This document shows positions 19,964 through 29,021 of a stretch of DNA of 64,000 bases, in pieces. A model generated the notes under the pieces. That model did not search any database and was not told the DNA's origin. It saw nothing but the letters and a program-made list of their open reading frames with translations. A program made the translations under genes and the position numbers. Numbering within the stretch: position 1 is the stretch's first letter; every line of letters starts with the position of its first letter. The DNA is from an uncultured virus (IMG/VR IMGVR_UViG_3300006204_000270) (lineage: Duplodnaviria > Heunggongvirae > Uroviricota > Caudoviricetes): IMG/VR virus record IMGVR_UViG_3300006204_000270; one strand, 5' to 3'.

Positions 19964-20236
19964 CTATTCGTTCCACACAAAGGTCCCGGCGTAAACCTGG
20001 CCGCCGATGGTGTAGTGGTAGTAGTGGTGTCCCTCCGGTATCTGGTCTGCCGTGTGCTTGACAGGCACGAGCACAAGGGGTTGCTTATCCGGGTAGACAA
20101 CATACTCCCCCTTCGGGACGAGCCGCAGCATCCACGGCTCCGGCTTTTGGGCTGTGAGCGTCTTACCGTCAAAGCAGCTTTCCGCCGAAACAGGTAGCCT
20201 GGCAACGATGTCGAAAAGGCTGATCTGCTCAAACAC
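19964..20236 (-). CDS. Hypothetical protein
   Basis: VFEQISLFD... after GGAGG. Confidence 0.5.
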   Translation of the reverse strand: MFEQISLFDIVARLPVSAESCFDGKTLTAQKPEPWMLRLVPKGEYVVYPDKQPLVLVPVKHTADQIPEGHHYYHYTIGGQVYAGTFVWNE

Positions 20237-20831
20237 CTCCAGTCTCCTTCTTCCTGGCCCTCCACGCCTTTTTTCCGGCCCACCTTGCTTTGCTCCAGGC
20301 CAGCATGATCTTTTCCCTGGCCGTTTGTTCGGCAAGTGGCAGAAGGGCACCCCACAGGGTATCGGCATATTGCGGGCTGTTCGCCACGATGAAGGAGTAG
20401 AGGAGGTCCCGATAGTCCTTCACAGCAAGGCGCAGCGGGTCTTTGTGGGTCGCATCCTCCAGGGTTTGGTAGAGCCAGCAGTCGAGGAGTTTGGCAAGCT
20501 GGTAGTGCCATGGCTGAACGGCAAAACCGTGTTCCCGGTACTTTGGCCCGCGGTGGATTATGTACTTGCTCACGTCGATGTCCGGGGCCTCCTCGTCCTC
20601 CGGCTCCTCGTGGGCTGCGTAGCGCCCGTTGTAGGCCCTCACATTGACCGCATAGAGCCTGCGGTAAATTTCCTCGGCGGAGTAGAGGAAGGCTCTTCTG
20701 CACCCATCCAGTTCGTGGTAAAGGCTATCCGGGGCCTCAAACCCCCAATAGCCGTAATCGCAGTCGAGCCTGGCTTCGATGGCATTTGCCAGCACCGCCA
20801 GCGGTTCCGGGTTCATCACAAAACAAGACAT
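20229..20831 (-). CDS. Hypothetical protein
   Basis: MSCFVMNP... in a tightly packed operon. Confidence 0.6.
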   Translation of the reverse strand: MSCFVMNPEPLAVLANAIEARLDCDYGYWGFEAPDSLYHELDGCRRAFLYSAEEIYRRLYAVNVRAYNGRYAAHEEPEDEEAPDIDVSKYIIHRGPKYREHGFAVQPWHYQLAKLLDCWLYQTLEDATHKDPLRLAVKDYRDLLYSFIVANSPQYADTLWGALLPLAEQTAREKIMLAWSKARWAGKKAWRARKKETGGV

Positions 20832-20835
20832 TACA

Positions 20836-21267
20836 TTACCCCCTTTCCAGAATCGCCCTGCAGGCTTTTTCAAAGCCGCGCAGGAGCCTTTTGTCTGCCA
20901 TTACCTGCCTCATTGTATAGCCGAGTGCGTACAGCGTGTTCTCGCTGTCCCCGGTGTAGCCGTACTCATGGTTGTCCAGCTCACAGAAAAACATTTCGTA
21001 GATAAAGCCCTCCCCGGTCTTGTCCTCAGCGATGGCCGCTGCCATTTCCGCGCTGTGGCGCTCTGTTGTTTGGTGGAGCAGGTCTGCGTCCTTTTTCTGG
21101 ACATAACCGCCGCCAGGAAGGCGGTAGATTTTGTCGAGGTCTTTCTCCGGGTCAAGGCCCCATTCCTCCATCATCTCGCCGAACTGTTTCTGACTGAACG
21201 CAAAGCCGAGGGGGAGGGCGTTAAATTCCTGCTGCTGCCGCTGGCGCAGCTCCGAGTATTTGTTCAT
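20836..21267 (-). CDS. Hypothetical protein
   Basis: MNKYSELRQRQQQEFNALP...ELDNHEYGYTGD. Confidence 0.6.
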   Translation of the reverse strand: MNKYSELRQRQQQEFNALPLGFAFSQKQFGEMMEEWGLDPEKDLDKIYRLPGGGYVQKKDADLLHQTTERHSAEMAAAIAEDKTGEGFIYEMFFCELDNHEYGYTGDSENTLYALGYTMRQVMADKRLLRGFEKACRAILERG

Positions 21268-21281
21268 GGTGTTGTCTCCTT

Positions 21282-21695
21282 TCAGATAAATTCCCATTTG
21301 GTGTCCGCCTGCATGGGAAAGTCCGGCTCCCCGTCGAGGGCGTTGTTGCAAGAGGAGTGCGGGGTGTCTCCTCTCTCCTCGCAGACCTCCCTCGGAGAGC
21401 AGCAGTCCAGCAGTTTCCAGAGGTTGCCGTTCTCGTCCTCATAGACATAGCGGCTCCAACTGTCTGTGCCAATGTATCGCAGGTGCAGGGTCTTTGTCTG
21501 GACTGCTGAAAGCTCATAAGCGTTGCAGTCGTACCGCGTGAGGGGCCTCTCGTAGTCGATGTAACCCCAGACCTCTCGCCCCAGCTCCTCGCAGTAGGTC
21601 TTGCTGTCGTAGTTGTGGATTTCCAAAACCCTGTTCCAAGCAGGTTTCGGAAAGCTCCCCGGCGTGATCGGGCGCTGTGTGCTGTAGTATCGCAT
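21282..21695 (-). CDS. DarA C-terminal-like (polyvalent-protein/anti-restriction-associated) domain protein
   Basis: RYYSTQRP..PGSFPK...GYIDYERPLT..D...YEL motif, recognised from memory. Confidence 0.45.
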   Translation of the reverse strand: MRYYSTQRPITPGSFPKPAWNRVLEIHNYDSKTYCEELGREVWGYIDYERPLTRYDCNAYELSAVQTKTLHLRYIGTDSWSRYVYEDENGNLWKLLDCCSPREVCEERGDTPHSSCNNALDGEPDFPMQADTKWEFI

Positions 21696-21697
21696 TG

Positions 21698-22081
21698 TCA
21701 GTCCTCCTCTGTCGTAAGTTTGATGAATGAACCTGCATACTCCTCAATGCGGGAGGGGTGGAGGTTGTCGCCAATGTAGAGGCAGTGAGTGTCCGGCGGC
21801 CTGTTCGTCCAGAGTTCCAAGACCTTAATAGCCCACCGCACCGTCCGGCTTTCGAGCCTGTCCCGGCGCTCCCAAGCGGTGACCGCCACACAGAGGCCAA
21901 CCGTGGCCCGCCCGTACTCTCGGAGAATGCCGTCGAACTCGCGCATGACGTTCGGCGTAGAGAGCTTTCTGGCCGCCTCTTTTGCCGGGTTCAAAAACGC
22001 GAAACGCGCCTCCCGGCTCCCGTCGCCGTTCGCGGCTTTCTTGACCTCCCGCGCAAAGGTTCTGTCCAGTTTCATTACCAC
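21698..22081 (-). CDS. Hypothetical protein
   Basis: 127 aa in operon. Confidence 0.6.
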   Translation of the reverse strand: MVMKLDRTFAREVKKAANGDGSREARFAFLNPAKEAARKLSTPNVMREFDGILREYGRATVGLCVAVTAWERRDRLESRTVRWAIKVLELWTNRPPDTHCLYIGDNLHPSRIEEYAGSFIKLTTEED

Positions 22082-22476
22082 TCCTCCTCGTCGTCCACGT
22101 CCTCGTCCCTGTCGCGGTAGTCGTACATATCCTCGTTGTTGGCCGTAGCTTTCAGCTCCGGGTTCTCCTCAATGTAGTCGAGTGCGGCCTCCTCAAGGCG
22201 TTCGAGGAGCATATTGTAGTGGCCGTCGTCCCATACACCCCAAAGGTCGCTGACGGCCTGCGCCACGTCCGCGCCTGCTTTCTTCATCAGGTAGCGGGCT
22301 GCCGGGTTGCAGGTTTCCTTGCCGTAGCCCACGCCGACGTGATCGCCGTCGTTCCAGTTGCGGTAGGCAATCCGGGTGACGGCCCGGACAATCTCTCCGG
22401 CCACGGTGTCGGCCTTGCCGGAGACGGGGACAAGCTCCTCAAAGAGGGCGTTGATACGGTTCTCTGCTGCTGTCAT
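22075..22476 (-). CDS. Hypothetical protein
   Basis: LVPVSGKADTVAGEIVRA...YRNWNDGD. Confidence 0.6.
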   Translation of the reverse strand: MTAAENRINALFEELVPVSGKADTVAGEIVRAVTRIAYRNWNDGDHVGVGYGKETCNPAARYLMKKAGADVAQAVSDLWGVWDDGHYNMLLERLEEAALDYIEENPELKATANNEDMYDYRDRDEDVDDEEEW

Positions 22477-22532
22477 AGTGCTGCGCTCCTTTCTGTTGCC
22501 CTGCCATCATCAGGCCGGGTGGTCGTTTCGGC

Positions 22533-22697
22533 TCATTGGACTTTGAACGTCACCTCATGGCCGGGGTTTTCCCGGATAAGCTGCTGCTTGAGGTCGTCCA
22601 CCATCATATTGTTGTCGAGGGCTGCCTGCACAACGTCAACCAGTTTCTTGCCGTCGAGGTAGGCCCAAACGGTCTTTCTTTTTCTCCTGCGCGTCAT
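22533..22697 (-). CDS. Small hypothetical protein (54 aa)
   Basis: MTRRRKRKTVWAYLDGKKLVDVV..., AAAGGA RBS, read manually. Confidence 0.5.
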   Translation of the reverse strand: MTRRRKRKTVWAYLDGKKLVDVVQAALDNNMMVDDLKQQLIRENPGHEVTFKVQ

Positions 22698-22809
22698 AGC
22701 TGTTTCCTTTCTCCCCGTCCCGCCGATAGGTCAGCGTCTCTATTTGAGCTATCATGTTTGTGTTGTCTGGTATGTATGACGCTTTTAGCGTCATACGCTG
22801 GTAAAAAAA

Positions 22810-23514
22810 TTACTCGCCCTGTGCCTTGGCAAGCCGCTCCAAGAGGGCCGTGTAGTAGTCCAAGCTGGATTTCGCTGCGCGGTGGTCTTTGACCGCGTTC
22901 TGGAATGCTGCGCTCTCCGGCTCCGCCGCCGCCTCAACAATCCGCTCTGCGGCGTTCTTGACCTCTGTGTCGAGGGCCAACCGCTTTTCGGTGACGAGCT
23001 GGATAGCGTCGGTGAGGTCGTCCGGGGTGAGAACGCGCTCGCGGAGGGCTGCGATTTCTGCGTCTTTCTGGTCGGAGATTGCGTGGGCTGCGGCGTGGGC
23101 GGCCTCGTAGTCCTTTTCGCTCTCCGACAGCCGCTCTCTCAGCTCCTCAATGGTGCCGTTCGCTGCGTTGAGCTGTGCGTCTGCGTGGAGCCAGCGGGCT
23201 TTCATGTTGTCCGCGAAGTCGTTCTCGATGTTGCTCTCCGCGTCCTCGAAGCACCCATCAAAGGCGGTGGCGAGGTAGCTCTGCGGCCCCAGCTCCTCGA
23301 CCATTTTCCTGATGGCCGCCAGCGTGTCCCGCTCCTGCTGTTTGGTGGCGCAAGCGTCGTCACGGAGGAACTCAATGCCGGTGATCTCGACGGGGATTTC
23401 CGCGTCTTTGTGGGCCTTGCAGAAAGCCTTGCGGACACTGGCCTCTGTGCGCTCGACGCGCTGCGTGGTGTAGGTCTGGCTCCCCATAGTGTAGGTGATC
23501 TTGTACTCGTTCAT
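22810..23514 (-). CDS. Coiled-coil hypothetical protein, first gene of the accessory operon
   Basis: MNEYKITY... after GGAGG RBS. Confidence 0.65.
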   Translation of the reverse strand: MNEYKITYTMGSQTYTTQRVERTEASVRKAFCKAHKDAEIPVEITGIEFLRDDACATKQQERDTLAAIRKMVEELGPQSYLATAFDGCFEDAESNIENDFADNMKARWLHADAQLNAANGTIEELRERLSESEKDYEAAHAAAHAISDQKDAEIAALRERVLTPDDLTDAIQLVTEKRLALDTEVKNAAERIVEAAAEPESAAFQNAVKDHRAAKSSLDYYTALLERLAKAQGE

Positions 23515-23527
23515 ATTGTACCTCCCT

Positions 23528-23637
23528 GACGCTATCCGCGTCATTTGTTGTTGTGTTGTCCTTGACTGTAGCCTCATTATAGCCCCTATTTGGGGCAAAG
23601 TCAACACTTTTTTGGAAATTTTGACGCAAATAGAGAC
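23528..23637 (-). promoter_or_regulatory. TTGACT-17-TATAAT promoter (23576-23604) with 15-bp operators at 23528, 23582 and 23623
   Basis: Near-identical to the cro promoter at 15212-15240. Confidence 0.8.
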
Positions 23638-23703
23638 ATTTGTTGGCTGTGCTGTACTTCACCATGCGAAATTGTGGACTATGCCCCATTCAAGGCAAAA
23701 AGA

Positions 23704-23739
23704 AAAGCCCCTCCCCCGGATTTCTCCGAGAGAGGGGCT
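23704..23739 (-). terminator. Terminator after the lysis cassette
   Basis: AGCCCCTC...GAGGGGCT stem followed by TTTCTTTTT on the minus strand. Confidence 0.65.
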
Positions 23740-23760
23740 GGGCGACCTTGTGGCTGCCTG

Positions 23761-24300
23761 TTACTCTGTCTGCTTTTGGGCGGGCTGCTCCGCTCCGAGC
23801 TGGCCGATGGCGACCTGCGCGACGGTGGCCGCCGTCGCTGCTGCTGTGCTGGCGGCAATAGCGGTGGTGTCGGCTGTGCTTTCCATCACCGGGAGGGCAA
23901 GAGTGGCCGGGGCCTCGTTTTTCTGCTTGCGCACCTCTGCCTCGATTTTGTTGGTGAGGTAGTCCTTTACGTCACCGTAGATACCCTCAATAAACGCCAT
24001 AGCCGCCGGGCTGATGGAGGCGAGGCAGGCGTTGAGGGCTTTCTTTGCGGCCTCCGCCTGTGCCTCCGGGGTAAACTTCCCGGCCTGTTTCAGTGCGTCC
24101 ACATAGGTCTGGCTGGTGGCCGCTACCGCGTCGGCAATCGCGTCCGTGATCTCCTTGATGTAGCCCTGCGCTTTGATGTTGTCGGTGTTCGCCTGCGCGT
24201 GTTTCCCCGCCTGCTTGATGTAGCCGACGGCATAGGCGGTGAGTACGGGGACGGCTGCTGCGATAACCGCCAGCAGCAGGTCTAACAGCATTTCTTTCAT
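23761..24300 (-). CDS. Holin (LL-H-like)
   Basis: N-terminal TM segment; AVAATSQTYVDALK; IEAEV; adjacent to endolysin. Confidence 0.75.
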   Translation of the reverse strand: MKEMLLDLLLAVIAAAVPVLTAYAVGYIKQAGKHAQANTDNIKAQGYIKEITDAIADAVAATSQTYVDALKQAGKFTPEAQAEAAKKALNACLASISPAAMAFIEGIYGDVKDYLTNKIEAEVRKQKNEAPATLALPVMESTADTTAIAASTAAATAATVAQVAIGQLGAEQPAQKQTE

Positions 24301-24319
24301 GGTCTTTTCCTCCTGTTTC

Positions 24320-25819
24320 TTATTCCGGCAGTTTCAAAACCTGTCCGGGGTGAATGGTGTCGTTGGAAAGCCCGTTGAGGCTCTTGATCTCCTTGTAGCG
24401 GCTCCCGTTGCCGAGCTGCTTTGCGGCAATCGCCCAAAGGCTGTCGCCGCTCCTGACAGTGTATGTCCGTGTGGCCGCGCTGCTGGCCTTGCCGGAAACG
24501 TCCGCCGCGTCTACCCAGCCATAGACGTTGCTGCCGCCTCCGGCGACGGCGACGAGGTGGTACGGGTGCTTGCTCTGGCCGGGCCTGTAGACCTGCGTGA
24601 CCTTTGCCTTGCCGGGCTTGCAGGCGTGTCCGTTGGCCGCGTCCGCGCTGGCGTAGTGCCTGCTGCCCGTAAAGTCTACCGTGTCCCCAACCTTGAGGCC
24701 GCTGGCCGCCGGGCCGGGGGCAGGGGAGGGGGTGGCGGCCCCGCCGGAGGCGTTGCCGCCTGCCGTGGCCTTGCTGCTGTACTTGGGTACGCCATACCCC
24801 CGGATATACCGTCCATTCACCTTGAGGGTGCGCCGCCCGACGGCGTTGCTCATGTTCCCCTCAATGACGGTAATCGTCTGGCCGCTGACCTTTTCCACAA
24901 TGCCAATGTGGTCTGCCGACCCGGTGCAGTCTCCCGCGCCGTTGTCGTCCCAATCGTAGAAAATATAGTCGCCGGGGGCCGGGACGTGCGCGTCGTTCTC
25001 CTCCCAGCTCCCCAGCGCCTTAAATAGCTGGATATGCTTTTCGCACCCGCACTCCGTCGGGATAATGTCGGTCAGCCCCGCCTTGATCGCCACGGCGCTG
25101 GCGAACGTGCTGCACCATGCGTCGGTATACTTCACGGGGTAGCCCCGCGCCAGCGGCTTGTGGCTGTTGTAGAGGTCGATGATCTCCCTGTGGGAGCCGT
25201 CGCTCTCCTTTCTGCCGAGCCAACCCTGTGCAATGCCGACTAATTTCTGTCTCAATGCCTGCTCCGTCATGCTGCTGCCTCCCTTGTCCGGGCCACTGGC
25301 CTTGCCTGCGTACTTGTCGTAGTAGGTCTGGCCGTAGCTGGCCCGCCTTGTCTTTGCTGCGCTGCTCTGATCTGCCGGGCGCTCGAAGTTGAGGAGTACG
25401 CTGTCGCTGGCCGCTTTGACGGTGGTGGCCGCCTTGAGGGTTGCCAGCACTCCCTTGTACCCCTCCGCAAGTTCCTTAAAAAGAAAATCGAGCTGCATTT
25501 CCAAGTCTCCGATAGACCTGCCAGCAGCCCGTGCAAACGCAAGCATATTCTGTTTTCGGCTCCAAAAAGTCCACTGGGCGAGGCCATAGCCCGCGCTGTC
25601 GTGAACGAAGTTGGTATAGGTGCCGTCGTCCACCGCCGCCGTATAGCTTTCATCGGTGTGGCCCAGCCCCTTTTCGTAGCTATTCTGTAGGTTCTTCGGG
25701 TTGAGGGCGCTTTCCGCGTAAAGGTTCCCCATCAGGCCCGCCGCGCCCGCCTTGCTCAACCCCTTGCCAACGAGGTAGTTCCATATCCTCTCCTCATTGG
25801 TTGCTCCTGTCAGTCCCAT
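24320..25819 (-). CDS. Endolysin: lysozyme-like + CHAP + SH3-like + LysM
   Basis: GNLYAES/GYGLAQWT, WCSTFAS...HIGIV...IEGN, YTVRSGDSLWAIA. Confidence 0.9.
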   Translation of the reverse strand: MGLTGATNEERIWNYLVGKGLSKAGAAGLMGNLYAESALNPKNLQNSYEKGLGHTDESYTAAVDDGTYTNFVHDSAGYGLAQWTFWSRKQNMLAFARAAGRSIGDLEMQLDFLFKELAEGYKGVLATLKAATTVKAASDSVLLNFERPADQSSAAKTRRASYGQTYYDKYAGKASGPDKGGSSMTEQALRQKLVGIAQGWLGRKESDGSHREIIDLYNSHKPLARGYPVKYTDAWCSTFASAVAIKAGLTDIIPTECGCEKHIQLFKALGSWEENDAHVPAPGDYIFYDWDDNGAGDCTGSADHIGIVEKVSGQTITVIEGNMSNAVGRRTLKVNGRYIRGYGVPKYSSKATAGGNASGGAATPSPAPGPAASGLKVGDTVDFTGSRHYASADAANGHACKPGKAKVTQVYRPGQSKHPYHLVAVAGGGSNVYGWVDAADVSGKASSAATRTYTVRSGDSLWAIAAKQLGNGSRYKEIKSLNGLSNDTIHPGQVLKLPE

Positions 25820-25829
25820 GCTGCCCTCC

Positions 25830-26132
25830 TTATCTTTCGCCGGGCGGCTCCTGCGCCTCCCGTTTGTCCTCCTGCTCCCACCTGCGCTCTTTGTTGCGGT
25901 CTTTGGTGGTCTTTATCCACCCCATAATCCCGCACTCTCCGCCCAGCGTCGCAAATACGCAGGTGACGAGCGTGTCCGGCACCCCGCCGCACTCCCGGTA
26001 TATCCCTATCATCGTGACCGTAAAAGTCAAAAGGGAAATCCCTACGACGATAAGAATAATATCCATCACGCCGAGGCGATTTCTGCTGCGGGGGGGCCTC
26101 TGGTGTTTGGCAACTCTCTTTCCACGTCTCAC
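25830..26132 (-). CDS. Small membrane protein (holin/antiholin candidate)
   Basis: Two TM segments, within the lysis cassette. Confidence 0.55.
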   Translation of the reverse strand: MRRGKRVAKHQRPPRSRNRLGVMDIILIVVGISLLTFTVTMIGIYRECGGVPDTLVTCVFATLGGECGIMGWIKTTKDRNKERRWEQEDKREAQEPPGER

Positions 26133-26145
26133 GCCTCCCGCCTCC

Positions 26146-26475
26146 TCACATTCCGAGATGGGTAAAAATAAAGCCGACCACAATGCCGACGATGGCCGTG
26201 GCAATGTAGCCTATAACTTTGCGCCACATTTCCCCGTCCCGGCTTTCGAGGGTTTCCAGCCGCTTGCCTTGCTCTTTCTGCTCCTTGAGCATATTCTCCA
26301 TGTTGGTGGCAAGCCGCTCCACGGAGAGGGCCAATGTGGTCTGCGCTTTGGCGTTCTCCTCAAGAATGTCTAGCCGCCTGTTCTGCCTGTGGTTTTCGTC
26401 TGCGAGGTTCTGGTTCGCCAGCTCCATGCTCCGGCGGAACTCCTCATGTTCTGCTCTGCTGATAGGTGTGTCCAT
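26146..26475 (-). CDS. Coiled-coil protein with C-terminal TM (XhlA/BhlA-like lysis protein)
   Basis: Coiled coil followed by a C-terminal TM segment. Confidence 0.6.
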   Translation of the reverse strand: MDTPISRAEHEEFRRSMELANQNLADENHRQNRRLDILEENAKAQTTLALSVERLATNMENMLKEQKEQGKRLETLESRDGEMWRKVIGYIATAIVGIVVGFIFTHLGM

Positions 26476-26539
26476 TTTTATATCCCCTTTCCAGAAATTC
26501 GCTGTGTAAAATTAGATGGACGCGCCTGCGCCCCTCTCT

Positions 26540-26710
26540 TTATGCCTCCCAGTCTCCAACAAGCTCGCGCAGGCGGTTCCGCTCCGCGAGGGCTTGCTCC
26601 TCTCTGACCTGTTCTCCGAACTGCTCAATGACATACTGCTGTGCCTTGATGATCTCCGCCTGCCGAATGCAGATGTCGGTCAATTCCGCAATAAGCTCCA
26701 CCCCGCTCAT
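26540..26710 (-). CDS. Small hypothetical protein
   Basis: MSGVELIAELTDIC..., overlapping the upstream stop codon. Confidence 0.5.
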   Translation of the reverse strand: MSGVELIAELTDICIRQAEIIKAQQYVIEQFGEQVREEQALAERNRLRELVGDWEA

Positions 26711-27339
26711 CCCGTCACCTCCTCCCAGCCATACACCCCCGGCTCCCACACATTGTTGTCCACACTCGATGTCCAATGCTTGTCCGCGTGGCTGACCTGC
26801 GCCCCGGCGGGGTACGCGTCCGTCGCTCCAAGGGGTTGGCTCCATTTCGGCCACTCCTCCTCCGGGTCGGAAATCGCTACCCAAAGGCTGGGGGCTGCGT
26901 CTGGTTTCCAATCCGCCTGTGACGTGTGATCGCCCAAACAGCGGTACAGCTTGCCGCCGTGCCTGCGGATATTCCCGGCTTTGTAGTTCACCGGGACGGC
27001 CCACGGAGCGAACACCTCCGCGTGTTCTCCCGCCGTGGTGTCGTCAATGCTCCCCGCCTCCGCCATCACGACGAACGCAATATTGCTCGCCTCCCCGACG
27101 GTCTGAATGCGGGCTGTGTTCTGGAAAATCAGCTCCCCGCTCTCCGCCTCCATCGGCACCGCCTCCGGCGCTCCGGGAATGGCCGTCCCGCTGGGGAGGT
27201 TGTAGAGGTCGCCGTTCACTGCAATGCCCTCCGCCTCCGGCTCCTGCGCCTCAATGTAGACCCCATCCTCGTTCTTTCTGACATAGCGCGGCCTGTCGCA
27301 CAGCGCCAGCAGCACCCCGCCGCTCATGATTGCATACAT
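26707..27339 (-). CDS. Tail-associated protein with carbohydrate-binding (CBM5/12-like) modules
   Basis: W....YKAG...LYRC...HTSQADWKP...LW; WSQPLGATDAY...NVWEPGVYGW. Confidence 0.7.
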   Translation of the reverse strand: MYAIMSGGVLLALCDRPRYVRKNEDGVYIEAQEPEAEGIAVNGDLYNLPSGTAIPGAPEAVPMEAESGELIFQNTARIQTVGEASNIAFVVMAEAGSIDDTTAGEHAEVFAPWAVPVNYKAGNIRRHGGKLYRCLGDHTSQADWKPDAAPSLWVAISDPEEEWPKWSQPLGATDAYPAGAQVSHADKHWTSSVDNNVWEPGVYGWEEVTG

Positions 27340-27345
27340 AGTCCT

Positions 27346-27768
27346 TTACCTCCTGACCTTGATTTTCAGCGCGTCCGCCAGCTTTTGCAGCTCCTCCGGC
27401 GCGGCTGCGAAAAATGCCTCGTTGAAGATGATAACGTCCAAGTCCTCCCGCAGGAAGTGCCGCCATCTCCGCCAGAGCATTTCCCGCTCCTCGTCCGAAA
27501 AACGGTAAAAAGCGCCGTCCGCTTTGGATTTCTTCTGCCTCTGGCTATAGGCGATTGCCCACGTCAGCGCCCCACGTTCGAGGCCCCGCCCGTCGTCGTT
27601 CTGTGCGAAATGCTTTTTGGCGTTCTCGCTCGTCGTGTAGCATACCACCTTGCCCTCCGCCGTCACGAGGCTTTCGCCCTCTGTTTCCAGCTCTGTCCCA
27701 TAGGGGATATTAAGCTGCTCCCCGCACAGGGCCAGCTCTTTGTACCTGTGGTGCGTAACAAATCTCAT
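27346..27768 (-). CDS. Hypothetical protein translationally coupled to the DGR RT
   Basis: ATGA overlap with the RT stop; MRFVTHHRYKE... Confidence 0.65.
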   Translation of the reverse strand: MRFVTHHRYKELALCGEQLNIPYGTELETEGESLVTAEGKVVCYTTSENAKKHFAQNDDGRGLERGALTWAIAYSQRQKKSKADGAFYRFSDEEREMLWRRWRHFLREDLDVIIFNEAFFAAAPEELQKLADALKIKVRR

Positions 27769-29021
27769 GCCGCCTTTGCCTCCTGCTGTACGGTTCCGTG
27801 CTGGCGGTAAATCCAGCCCGCGCCCGTCTTTGTCGCTTTCATCGTACACTTGAATTTCTTCTTTCTGGCCGCCAGCTCCGGCGCAAACAGCCGTGTGAAT
27901 TTCTCGTCCATCGACCGAAGCGTCCGATAGCTGTTGCACCTCTGCGCGTGCGCCCTCCATGACTGGTAGGATTGGATAGCGTCCTCCGGCGAGAGCTTTC
28001 CCACGTCCACCCAGCGCCGGAAAATGTCGAGTTTCCTCCGCATAGCCTTAATGCTCTTACGGCTCAACTTCATCGTCACCTTTCCACTCTCGCGCAGCGT
28101 CACCCGCATTTTGAGGAACGTAAAAGAGTGGTGCCGGAATGGGGTTATGATGTTCTTCTTGTCGCTCATGGCAATCCCCAGCTCCTCCGCCAGCGCGTAA
28201 AGGCACCGCTTGATGTCTGCCAGCTCCTCCAACGAATGGCTTATCACATATCCGTCGTCCATGTACCGCCCATACCCATGAATGCCCCGCACGTCTTTGA
28301 CGTAGTGGTCTATCGGGCTTGCGAAGTCGAGGGCGATAATCTGGCTGATCTCGCTGCCCAGCCCTACCCCGTGCTTTCGCTCCGCCGTCTTGTCTGCGGT
28401 TTTCATCTTCAAGAAGTCGTCCACATAGTCACAAAACAGCGCATATAGGCGGTCGTCTTTGATTTTGGCTCTGGCCCGCGCCTTAATGGTGTCGTGGGGC
28501 AGGCTCCCAAAGTACCCCTTGAAATCGAACTGGTATATTCCGCCCTGCGTCCCGTACCTGCGGTAGTGGTCGCGCAGGTGCTTTTTCAGCCGTCGGAGCT
28601 GGAAGTCCATGCCCTTTCCCGCAAGACTGGCCCCGTTGTCATATACAAAGCTGCGGGAGTATGCCCCCACGAGTAGGTTCTTGCATAGGCATTTCTGCGC
28701 CGCCCTCTCCTGTATCGGCAGCGCGTCGATGTCCCTACGCTTTCCGTGTTCGATGGTCGCAAAGCTCTGAAAGCCTCTGAATTTCCTTGTCCCGTCCCGT
28801 ATCGTCTCATACGTCTTTTGGCTCTCCGCCAGTAGGTCAGTCTCGAAGTTTATCGTAGACGTTTTCCACCGCGAGCCATTGCAGCATTCCTTTCCTGCCC
28901 GGCAGAGGTTCCCGAACGACATAACCTGCTCAAAGCTCTTTCCTCCGGCCTCCTGCGCCTTTCGCGCCCGCCGTGCTTTCCGCCGCTGGTACCGTGCCTC
29001 CCGCCTTTCTATACTGTTCAT
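27765..29021 (-). CDS. DGR reverse transcriptase
   Basis: FDFKGYF, GVGLGSEISQ, YGRYMDDG, FTFLK; next to TR and avd. Confidence 0.95.
   Translation of the reverse strand: MNSIERREARYQRRKARRARKAQEAGGKSFEQVMSFGNLCRAGKECCNGSRWKTSTINFETDLLAESQKTYETIRDGTRKFRGFQSFATIEHGKRRDIDALPIQERAAQKCLCKNLLVGAYSRSFVYDNGASLAGKGMDFQLRRLKKHLRDHYRRYGTQGGIYQFDFKGYFGSLPHDTIKARARAKIKDDRLYALFCDYVDDFLKMKTADKTAERKHGVGLGSEISQIIALDFASPIDHYVKDVRGIHGYGRYMDDGYVISHSLEELADIKRCLYALAEELGIAMSDKKNIITPFRHHSFTFLKMRVTLRESGKVTMKLSRKSIKAMRRKLDIFRRWVDVGKLSPEDAIQSYQSWRAHAQRCNSYRTLRSMDEKFTRLFAPELAARKKKFKCTMKATKTGAGWIYRQHGTVQQEAKAA

Noticed and set aside
27765..29021. RT as group II intron, retron or Abi RT
   Set aside because: The TR/VR pairs with adenine-only mismatches and the avd gene identify a DGR
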